Shown here: positions 39,431 through 46,963 of the stretch, one piece after another | Numbering within the stretch: position 1 is the stretch's first letter | How the letters are laid out: every line of letters starts with the position of its first letter | Assembly (NCBI GenBank): GCA_043787035.1 | Contig: JAYVVL010000285.1 | Span: 1-63,013 of the forward strand | Reading direction: 5' to 3' | DNA from: Synechococcales cyanobacterium | GTDB lineage: Bacteria; Cyanobacteriota; Cyanobacteriia; Leptolyngbyales; Leptolyngbyaceae | Length of the DNA: 63,013 bases | Translations under genes and position numbers: made by a program | The notes under the pieces: generated by a model | The model's input: the letters and a program-made list of their open reading frames with translations, nothing else | Database searches by the model: none | Told to the model about the DNA's origin: nothing

Positions 39431-39843
39431 GCAATCCCCCAGTGAACATCTTCGGCGTAAACTACACTGGAGACGGCTTCCAAATCGGCGATCAAATGAT
39501 CCCCACCCCAATCGCCCTTCGCCGCGCCATCAAAGACCAACTCCAATCCGGAATGCGCTTCGAGTTTGGCATCCCAGCGACCGCCATCCGCATCGAAACT
39601 GCCCTGCCCCACGTCCGAGGTACCGTCACCCACATCGAAGCATCACCCGACGGCACAACCCTACAAGTCAACGTTCCAGCCACAGGTGGAACCGTCGCAC
39701 TAACCATCACGATCGCAACATTGGACCCTGTTCTCCCGATCGATTCAATTGTGCCATTAGCCTTTGATTTGAAACAGATGCTGTTATTTGACGGCAGCGG
39801 CGATCGCATTTACCCCCCGATCGCGCTGACGGAAATAGCTTAA
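39397..39843 (+). CDS. Stand-alone MalK/UgpC-type C-terminal (TOBE-like) domain protein
   Basis: 148 aa from ATG 39397, which is in frame in the 39016-39843 track ORF and overlaps the GT4 3' end by 34 nt. LLSNPPVNIFG, FGIPATAIRIE, RGTVTHIEASPDGTTLQV and LAFDLKQMLLFDGSGDRI are collinear with the regulatory domain of sugar ABC ATPases. There is no ATPase domain upstream. Confidence 0.5.
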   Translation: MLPQTRSIALLSNPPVNIFGVNYTGDGFQIGDQMIPTPIALRRAIKDQLQSGMRFEFGIPATAIRIETALPHVRGTVTHIEASPDGTTLQVNVPATGGTVALTITIATLDPVLPIDSIVPLAFDLKQMLLFDGSGDRIYPPIALTEIA

Positions 39844-39902
39844 GAATAAGCACGATATACTAGCAACAGGTGATCCAGTCCTAACTTTATGGTCTAAATC
39901 TT

Positions 39903-40466
39903 ATGGTCCAAACCCCGCTCAAACCGTTAACCCTTGATGCATTTCTGGCCATGCCTGAGACCAAACCTGCCAGCGAATTCGTTGACAATCAAATCACCCA
40001 GAAACCCATGCCCCAAGGAAAACACAGTACGGTTCAAGGGGATTTAGGTTCAGCGGTAAATGCGGTTTTCAAACTCAAACGGATTGCCCGAGCTTATCCA
40101 GAATTGCGCTGTACGTTTGGTGAGCGTTCCATCGTACCCGATTTGGCAATATTCAAATGGGAACGCATTCCACGGGATCCGGATGGGAGTGTTGCAAACG
40201 CCTTTAAGCTAGCACCGGACTGGACTGTTGAAATCCTATCGCCGGACCAAAGCCAAACAAAAGTGGTTCGTAATATTTTGCATTGTCTTGAAAACGGGAC
40301 TGAAATGGGCTGGTTGATTGATCCTGAAGAGCGATCGGTGTTTGTTTATTTTGCCGATCGCCCTGTTGCTATTTTTGAACAGCCGTTTGCGCAGATTCCA
40401 GTGCCAAAATTTGCTGAGGCATTTGAGTTGACGGTGGGGGAATTGTTTGGCTGGTTAGATGGTTAG
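39903..40466 (+). CDS. Uma2-family endonuclease
   Basis: 187 aa: GKHSTVQGDLGSAV, VPDLAIF, EILSPDQSQTKV (PD-(D/E)xK-like), GWLIDPEERSVFVY. Confidence 0.85.
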   Translation: MVQTPLKPLTLDAFLAMPETKPASEFVDNQITQKPMPQGKHSTVQGDLGSAVNAVFKLKRIARAYPELRCTFGERSIVPDLAIFKWERIPRDPDGSVANAFKLAPDWTVEILSPDQSQTKVVRNILHCLENGTEMGWLIDPEERSVFVYFADRPVAIFEQPFAQIPVPKFAEAFELTVGELFGWLDG

Positions 40467-40553
40467 TGACGGTTCTCACATCATATTTTCAAGATGTCCC
40501 CATTGTTCGCTAGGCTAAGGGCTACTCTTTTTTGCGCGTTCGCATTTCTCGTC

Positions 40554-41408
40554 ATGGCAAAACAACGTCTCGATGTTCTCCTAGTCGATCGCGCCCTTTG
40601 TGAATCTCGTCCCCAAGCCTTGCGCTTGATTCAGGCTGGAGAAGTGCGCGTCAATCGACAAATGGTAGACAAGGCGGGTACGCAAGTTGATGTGACCGCA
40701 GACATTGAAGTGAAGTCTAAGGCGCGGTTTGTCTCACGGGGCGGGGAAAAATTGTGGAAGGCATTAGAACACTTCGGGATTGACGTCAGCGATCGCATTT
40801 GTCTCGACGGCGGGATTTCCACCGGGGGCTTTACGGATTGCCTATTGCAGTCAGGCGCAACGCGAGTCTACGGCGTCGATGTTGGCTACGGCCAAGTCGC
40901 CTGGAAACTTCAAAGCGACGATCGAGTCATCATTCGCGAACGGACGAATATCCGACATCTGACCCCCGAAGAACTCTACCCAGAAGGAGCCGTGCTGCCA
41001 GATTTAGGCGTAGTGGACGTATCGTTTATTTCGCTAGTGAAGGTGTTGGAGGCGATTTCCAAACTGGTGATTGGACCGAGAGAGATGGTTTTACTGGTGA
41101 AGCCGCAGTTTGAAGTGGGGCGCGATCGCATTGGCAAAAAAGGCGTGGTGCGCAATACCGACGACCAAGCCGAAACCATTGATGATGTGATTAACTGTGC
41201 CATTAAGCTGGGCTGGAGTTATCAAGGACTCACCTGGTCACCGATTACAGGTCCAGCCGGAAATATTGAGTTCTTACTGTGGCTCCGAGACGGCGAAGGT
41301 CAGGTGCCTCCGACCCGTGAAGAGCTGCGGGAGTTCACCCAGGAAGCGCGAGGGGCTGTCGTTGGAAAGGCTTCTAGTGCGACGATCGATGAAGCTACCC
41401 AAGGTTGA
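40554..41408 (+). CDS. tlyA: TlyA-family rRNA 2'-O-methyltransferase
   Basis: S4 domain (QRLDVLLVDRALCESRPQALRLIQAGEVRVN) followed by an FtsJ-like MTase (CLDGGISTGGFTDCLLQSGA, DVSFISL). The start is taken at MAKQRLD. Confidence 0.88.
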   Translation: MAKQRLDVLLVDRALCESRPQALRLIQAGEVRVNRQMVDKAGTQVDVTADIEVKSKARFVSRGGEKLWKALEHFGIDVSDRICLDGGISTGGFTDCLLQSGATRVYGVDVGYGQVAWKLQSDDRVIIRERTNIRHLTPEELYPEGAVLPDLGVVDVSFISLVKVLEAISKLVIGPREMVLLVKPQFEVGRDRIGKKGVVRNTDDQAETIDDVINCAIKLGWSYQGLTWSPITGPAGNIEFLLWLRDGEGQVPPTREELREFTQEARGAVVGKASSATIDEATQG

Positions 41409-41432
41409 CGCTAACACTTTAGATTCACTGAA

Positions 41433-41946
41433 ATGGCAAAAAAGAAAAACGATCGTGCAGACCAAGACTCGCCGTGGAAGCGAATTTTACGGCTTTATTT
41501 TCGAGAGGCAGTAGAGTTTCTGTTCTCTCATATTTCTGACCAAATTGATTAGACTCGCCCCGTTGAATTTTTAGACAAAGAGTTCCAGCAGTTGACCCCT
41601 GATTCAGAACTTGGAAAACGGTTTGCGGATCAATTAGTTAGAGCTTACAAAAAGGGGGCGGATCAGTGATTTTATTGATTCACTTGGAAGTTCAAGCAGA
41701 GCCCGAAACTATCTTTCCGGAACGGATGTTTACCTATGTAATTCGGATTTTCGACTATTTCCATCAAGCTCCGATTAGTTTAGCAATTCTTTGCGATTCC
41801 GATCCCAATTGGCGACCCAATCAATTTAGTTTTGAGACTGCGGGAAGTTCGCTGGAGTTTAACTTCATAGCGGTCAAGTTATTAGATTATGAATCGCGCT
41901 GGGATGAACTCGAAGCGATTGATAATATCTTCGCTACAAGGTCAAA
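41433..41946 (+). pseudogene. Rpn/YhgA-like recombination-promoting nuclease (putative transposase), dead
   Basis: MAKKKNDRADQDSPWKRILRLYFREAVEFLFSHISDQID*TRPVEFLDKEFQQL...AYKKG then LLIHLEVQAEPETIFPERMFTYVIRIFDYF. Lesions: TAG at 41550-41552 (probably TGG), a frameshift in the G5 run 41654-41658, and 3' truncation near 41940. Confidence 0.65.
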
Positions 41947-41954
41947 TAAAATAA

Positions 41955-42128
41955 GGGTCTATCGACTAGAGTATGCCTCATGAAATTTTGAGCACTTCAG
42001 AATCCTTTACTGAAGCACTTCTTAGGAAGGTAAACTTATTTTTTGATAGTAAAATCGACAAAATTCCCACACAGACAGGCTTTCAGGTAAATTCTTTCAA
42101 AAGCTAGCATACTCTAATCGATAGACCC
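41955..42128. mobile_element. 174-bp MITE with 22-bp terminal inverted repeats and 8-bp target-site duplication
   Basis: Left TIR gggtctatcgactagagtatgc (41955-41976). Right TIR gcatactctaatcgatagaccc (42107-42128), 21/22 complementary. Identical taaaataa flanks at 41947-41954 and 42129-42136. No ORF inside. Confidence 0.7.
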
Positions 42129-42153
42129 TAAAATAAGACGTTAATGTTCAACC

Positions 42154-42441
42154 ATGAGTTCATATTTAAACCAGTTGAAGGCTCAGTACAATGCTCTCTT
42201 GCCGCCTTCGATCGAGGCAAGATACGCATTTGAGGCTTGGGTAAACGTTGAATAGACCTACGAGTCTAATGCGATCGAAGGAAATACCTTGATGCGCGGT
42301 CAAACAGGTATTTTGCTTGACAAAGGGTTTGCTAGTGGGAATAAGCCCTACTCACATCGTTCTGAAGCACTGGATCATCAAGATGCGGTGGATTTGGTTC
42401 TATTGATGTCCCGATTTCTTACCGATCGAAGACCGCTTTAA
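42154..42441 (+). pseudogene. Fic-family protein N-terminal fragment
   Basis: MSSYLNQLKAQYNALLPPSIEARYAFEAWVNVE*TYESNAIEGNTLMRGQTGILLDKG... TAG at 42253-42255. It ends long before an HPFxxGNGR motif would occur. Confidence 0.6.
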
Positions 42442-42838
42442 TTTGTAGATGGAGCTGGGCAACGGTGCTATTGCGTTCGATTGCAGCGTAGTATTTTTGG
42501 GCGGTGGGCGTACCTATTGGGCTGGGCTGAAGGGTCTCGCGGGAGATCTGGAGGAGAGCGTTAGCTTTCTCTAAGGTGATTGGATCGCGGCGGGAGGCGA
42601 TCGATTCGTCAATTTCGACAATCAGTTTTGAAAACGTGCGCAACCAGTCAAATTCTTCATCTTCTAAGGCAAGCTGCAAAAACTCGTTGGGCGTCGCGAT
42701 TCGGCCATGACGCGCTTCGTAGAGATCCCGTTCGCCGTCAAGCAGTCGTTTGTGCAACGCCAACAGCACCGTCCGAATGGCTTTGAGCTGCTGGACTTTG
42801 GGGCTGAGCATGTTGTTTTTCAGATGTTCGGGTTGCAT
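42419..42838 (-). CDS. Hypothetical 139-aa protein
   Basis: ATG-initiated and predicted helical, with no recognised motif. Lies upstream of cpcT on the same strand. Confidence 0.45.
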   Translation of the reverse strand: MQPEHLKNNMLSPKVQQLKAIRTVLLALHKRLLDGERDLYEARHGRIATPNEFLQLALEDEEFDWLRTFSKLIVEIDESIASRRDPITLEKANALLQISRETLQPSPIGTPTAQKYYAAIERNSTVAQLHLQIKAVFDR

Positions 42839-42885
42839 GGAGAAAGTTGAATACAGAGTGCAGAATATAGAAGGCCGAAAGTGAA

Positions 42886-43482
42886 TTAGAACTGGAGTTC
42901 GGCGGCGAAACTTTGGATGCGTTTAAACTCAAAGGGACCTGCTATGGCTCCCCAAAGGCGTTCGTTGGTTTCAGGATCGCGCCCTCGATCGAGACTGACT
43001 AGCCTCGCACCGTCGTCCAAAATTTCAAATTCGTTATCGAGATAGCTGGTTTTGCCATTGCGATCGATCAGGCATTTCTTGCCTGGTTCGACAACGCCTT
43101 TGAACCCCGCACCTGTCCAGATCACGTCCATGCCGCAGCCACACATTTGGTTGAGTTGGTCGGGTCTAAGTTTTTTCAGCTTCGTCAAGTCTCGGGCTGC
43201 GCCTCGAAAGGGTTCTTCCGTGTGAATTCGGTAGTGAGGAATTTCGATTTTGTCGTCTTTGACCACAAACTTCAGCACCCGAATTCGGTAGGGCTGGTCT
43301 AGGGCATAATCATAGGCTTGCTCTAGGTACAGTGACGGAACCCCAAAAAACGACAGCGGCAACGGACGCATACAGACGCGAATGTGAGCAAAAAAAGGCG
43401 GGTTTTCAATCGCCTGTTCTGAGTTGCCAAATTCTCCGGCCATCCAAGTGACCAAGGTTTTGAGATCCGTTGCGTGAGTCAT
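42886..43482 (-). CDS. cpcT: CpcT/CpeT-family phycobilin lyase
   Basis: 198 aa: LVTWMAGEFGNSEQAIENPPFFAHIRVCMRPLP...LYLEQAYDYALDQPYRIRVLKF. Confidence 0.85.
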   Translation of the reverse strand: MTHATDLKTLVTWMAGEFGNSEQAIENPPFFAHIRVCMRPLPLSFFGVPSLYLEQAYDYALDQPYRIRVLKFVVKDDKIEIPHYRIHTEEPFRGAARDLTKLKKLRPDQLNQMCGCGMDVIWTGAGFKGVVEPGKKCLIDRNGKTSYLDNEFEILDDGARLVSLDRGRDPETNERLWGAIAGPFEFKRIQSFAAELQF

Positions 43483-43509
43483 GGGCGTGGGGAGTAGTTG
43501 TATTAAAGA

Positions 43510-44724
43510 TCACTTCAAGCCTTTGATTCGGAAAACTAGAAGCTGGGTTTTTTGGAGAGCGTTAAAATTATCGTCGCTAATCATAATCAGGCTTTGAGTG
43601 CCATCTGGCAAGCGAGGACCCAAGGTCATCCCCTCTAGATTATCAAGGGTTAGGTCTAGGATTTGCAAGTCGAGGAGCAATTCTTTCTGGGCGGATTTTA
43701 CGGCTTTAGGAAGATTTTTGACGATCGGGAGTGCGCTGGTGTCCTGAGCGCCTGCAAGGACCATTTGAAAGAGCTTGATTTTAAATCCAGTTAGGCCAAA
43801 GCTTCGCTCCAACGCCAAAAATCGCCCTGAACCGTCTAGAGAAAGCAACTCCACTAGCCCATAGTTATCGCTGCCCATAGGACGCGGTTCGAGCGGATAG
43901 AGGTATTCGCCGATTAAATCAATGCGGCTTTTCTCAACGTAATAGTGCATCAACCGAGGACTCGGGCCTTGGGTGGGTTCTAGATCCTCAGCAAGTTTGT
44001 CCTGTTCGAGGTCGGATTCCGTCGCAGTGAAGAGGCGGTAGGGTTCCAGCGGAGACAAGCGGGCGGCGTTGGCACTCAGAGTCAGGGACTCAAAGCCTTG
44101 GTTATCCTGAATGCCCTGACGCAAGGCACCTTTACCTACTTTACGATCGCTCTTAGCTGGGGTCACATCTTGGGTCACGTCTTGCGGAACATAATGATTC
44201 GGATAGTAGATATTACGCAACGGTTTCCCGGTCCTCAGGTCAAATTCCCGCACAAAGGGATGAATATCACGTTTAGCGTTGCCTTCACTGCTGACCCAAA
44301 CGGTCCCTTGCGGCGTAATGGCAATCCCTTCAGCATCTATTGTCCCTGGCGCAAACGGTTCACCTTGGTCATTTTTCAGCGTGACCATCTTGAGAAACTG
44401 AATTCCGGTAGGTTTGGCGGCGCGGTCTAGGGCTAGTTTGAACTGGTAAAACCGGGCGGGCGCTTTGTCACTGCGATCGTCCGATACCGTATAAAACGTA
44501 TCGTCAGTCGGGCTGTAGGTAAGGCCGGAGAGTCCTGCGATTAACGTATCTTTAAAAACAGTGCCCTGAGGAATAATCTGTTCACCCAGCAATTCAAGCT
44601 GGATATTTTGAAACAATCGATCTTCAGCCTTGACTTGCGGCAGAGAACAGGCGCTAAGAAGGAAGGTCAGACTGGCGAGGAGAAGGGCGATCGTGACAGA
44701 CAGCACAGAGCGAGTAGGGTTCAT
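43510..44724 (-). CDS. Lipoprotein with esterase-like-activity-of-phytase domain
   Basis: The start chosen at MNPTRSVLSVTIALLLASLTFLLSAC (lipobox) removes the overlap with the HAD gene. It has beta-propeller-like repeats and the typical ending LMISDDNFNALQKTQLLVF. Confidence 0.65.
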   Translation of the reverse strand: MNPTRSVLSVTIALLLASLTFLLSACSLPQVKAEDRLFQNIQLELLGEQIIPQGTVFKDTLIAGLSGLTYSPTDDTFYTVSDDRSDKAPARFYQFKLALDRAAKPTGIQFLKMVTLKNDQGEPFAPGTIDAEGIAITPQGTVWVSSEGNAKRDIHPFVREFDLRTGKPLRNIYYPNHYVPQDVTQDVTPAKSDRKVGKGALRQGIQDNQGFESLTLSANAARLSPLEPYRLFTATESDLEQDKLAEDLEPTQGPSPRLMHYYVEKSRIDLIGEYLYPLEPRPMGSDNYGLVELLSLDGSGRFLALERSFGLTGFKIKLFQMVLAGAQDTSALPIVKNLPKAVKSAQKELLLDLQILDLTLDNLEGMTLGPRLPDGTQSLIMISDDNFNALQKTQLLVFRIKGLK

Positions 44725-44794
44725 GATTGAGTTGGGTTTAAGTTGGATTAAAGATGGTTTTTGAACAGTCACTGAGCGTAAGGCATGAGACCCT

Positions 44795-45541
44795 TCATCC
44801 CAAAAGATGCGCCACCAACTCACAAAACCCCTCCCCCTCAGACGCCTCCGTCACATAGCTGGGCAACTGCGTTAACTGGTCCACATAATGCTTCACATTC
44901 GCCACTCCCACCGAATGGGTAAACGTAAACAAACTCTCATCATTAGGACTATCACCCACCGTCACTACCGAGTCTAAGGCCACCTGCGGAAACGCAATTT
45001 CTAACACCTGTTTCAAGCCCAACGCCTTATTTTGTTTGCGGTGCATAATATGGCACTGCACCGTGCTGTACGTAAAGCCCCAACCTGCCACCTCACACAT
45101 CTGAGCCATCAGCAACAACTCTTCAGTCCCCAATCCCGCCACCTCAAACGTCCAATCCGTTTGTCGAAACGCATTGTCACTCGACTCCCGAATCTGCGGA
45201 AACCGATCGCGCAATGTCCAGAACATCTCAGCCAACGCCCGCCGATGCTCCACCAACGCCCCGATTTCTACCAAATATTCAGGCCGCCCCTCCTGAAAAA
45301 ACACGCCCCCATTTTCCGCGATCGCCCCCGTCACCGGAAGATAATGCGCCAACCCACTCACCCAGCCTGCCGATCGCCCCGTCACAATCACCACCGGAAT
45401 TCCCGCACTCTGCAACAATGTCAATGCCCGAAGCAATCCCACATCAAAACGGCCCTCATGCGTCAAGGTGCCATCCATATCTGTAGCAATCAGTGAAAGG
45501 GGAGTGAGCGAGAGATTGTGGAGCGGCTTCATGGACTTCAT
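44795..45541 (-). CDS. HAD-IIB family hydrolase (Cof/SPP-like phosphatase)
   Basis: DMDGTLT nucleophile motif, VTGRS, and GDSPNDESLF. Confidence 0.8.
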   Translation of the reverse strand: MKSMKPLHNLSLTPLSLIATDMDGTLTHEGRFDVGLLRALTLLQSAGIPVVIVTGRSAGWVSGLAHYLPVTGAIAENGGVFFQEGRPEYLVEIGALVEHRRALAEMFWTLRDRFPQIRESSDNAFRQTDWTFEVAGLGTEELLLMAQMCEVAGWGFTYSTVQCHIMHRKQNKALGLKQVLEIAFPQVALDSVVTVGDSPNDESLFTFTHSVGVANVKHYVDQLTQLPSYVTEASEGEGFCELVAHLLG

Positions 45542-45794
45542 AGACTTTAATGGGTTGGGAGAAAGAATGATTTAGCAGTTTTTGGTTTTTTGGGAACACT
45601 AGAAATGGCGATCGTTCGATATCACGTAATGAGATAATGTTGCTATTAGAGTGCTAAATATTGAACATCATAGAGAATATTGGCTCGCTTAATACGTTAG
45701 ATATGGCACGTTGACCTTCAGATTCAACTAATGAACTAAAACTAGCGCTCAAAAGTCTAGTCTCTCCCACTCGTTGCATCTTACTCCCTCTCCC

Positions 45795-45820
45795 TTCTAT
45801 AGATTCTATACATTCTATAG
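45795..45820. repeat. Three 9-bp tandem repeats (ttctata core)
   Basis: ttctatag attctatac attctatag, ending 27 nt upstream of ATG 45847. Confidence 0.85.
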
Positions 45821-45846
45821 GTTCATTCTCCGAGGCAATCACGCTT

Positions 45847-46659
45847 ATGTTACCTCTGTCCTCCTTAAGTTTAATGAATCGTCTCCTCGCTCAAGCGCCG
45901 AACCAACCCACGGCTGCAAAGAACAAAGCGACCACCACTCAACCTGTGACAGCGACCCAAACATCCCCCGAATCCCCCTTTTGGATGTACACCTCCATAG
46001 GTTTGGCCGTCACACTGGTGGTGCTTGGCGTCACTAGCGCACTTCAATACAATAAGCTGAATAAACGCCTCCGGTTTGAAATAATCAAGAACCGCGAAAC
46101 GGGTAAACGGGCCGAGCTTGCCGTAGAAACCATCTCCAAAATGGAGCGAAATCCGGATCTGATCCATTCTCGTGACTTTAACCTAGACTATCTCCGGATG
46201 CGAATGGCCGAGGAAAAATTCCGCTTTTCAATAGTGAACCAAAGCAAGATTAAGATCAAGCAGCAAATCTCCATGGCCCTGCGCCCCACCCAAGCCCTCA
46301 ATGGCGATCTCGGCATCGCCAGCACCGGACGCCAAATCGACCAAATATTCGACGTGGAATATGAACCTGCCGAAATGCCCAAGGGGAGCAAACGCGTCCT
46401 GTTCCGCATTGAAATCAAAATGGTCAAACTTCCAACCCAGCCCACCTCTCAAACCATCTCTCAAATCATCGACTGCATCGAAAGCTTCCTCAGTCCCGGC
46501 CAAGAAAACGACTCCTGGCAACCCACCATCCAAGGCCGTCTCGCCAACATGCGCTGGGACCAAAAAGCCAAGCCCACCCCTCGTCTCGTTCTAGAACAGT
46601 CTCAAGAAGGCTCCAACGTGACCTTCCGCACCAGCCGCATGACCAAAGCCTCAGAGTAG
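45847..46659 (+). CDS. Hypothetical single-pass membrane protein
   Basis: 270 aa with a TM at FWMYTSIGLAVTLVVLGVTSAL. The C-terminal roughly 200 aa are unrecognised. Confidence 0.5.
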   Translation: MLPLSSLSLMNRLLAQAPNQPTAAKNKATTTQPVTATQTSPESPFWMYTSIGLAVTLVVLGVTSALQYNKLNKRLRFEIIKNRETGKRAELAVETISKMERNPDLIHSRDFNLDYLRMRMAEEKFRFSIVNQSKIKIKQQISMALRPTQALNGDLGIASTGRQIDQIFDVEYEPAEMPKGSKRVLFRIEIKMVKLPTQPTSQTISQIIDCIESFLSPGQENDSWQPTIQGRLANMRWDQKAKPTPRLVLEQSQEGSNVTFRTSRMTKASE

Positions 46660-46691
46660 AGAGCGCCGAGACTTTGCCATAAATTTTCTAT

Positions 46692-46729
46692 AAAAAAACC
46701 GCCGACTCACTAGGCATGGGTCGGCGGTT
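46692..46729 (-). terminator. Strong intrinsic terminator oriented for minus-strand transcripts
   Basis: The minus strand reads aaccgccgac-ccatgcctagtga-gtcggcggtt-ttttta. The stem is 10 bp (8 G/C-rich) and is followed by a U-run. On the plus strand the T-run is missing. Confidence 0.6.
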
Positions 46730-46963
46730 GAAATCAGGGTGCATCTACCAGTCCACTCTTCCTGATAAAATGGGGAAGTCAGGAGAAAAAGTGTGTTGTG
46801 ATGATGAAGACTGTCCTAATCTTTGCAAAGTTTTCTTGAACTCGATCGATCGATTTAAGCTAGATCGAAGTGAGTCACGCCTAACCTTTATGGATACAAC
46901 TACGATAGGCTATGACTATTGGGCATCCAGCTTGGACATCAGCTCGGCAGCGAAAGAGGAATC

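Noticed and set aside
14093-42441. Possibility that the in-frame TAG/TAA/TGA codons reflect stop-codon recoding rather than pseudogenes
   Set aside because: All three stop codons are involved. Every housekeeping ORF in the window is uninterrupted and terminates normally. Several of the same genes also carry frameshifts or truncations.
45032-45496. 154-aa and 90-aa ORFs antisense to the HAD hydrolase gene
   Set aside because: Pro/His/Arg-rich shadow frames.
45847-46659. Idea that the 270-aa protein upstream of the CHAT protease is a bacterial gasdermin
   Set aside because: The size and the protease neighbour fit. However, it has an internal TM helix at residues about 45-66, lacks the N-terminal Cys typical of bacterial gasdermins, and is separated from the CHAT gene by 300 bp containing a terminator hairpin. 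Structure prediction would be needed to revive the idea.
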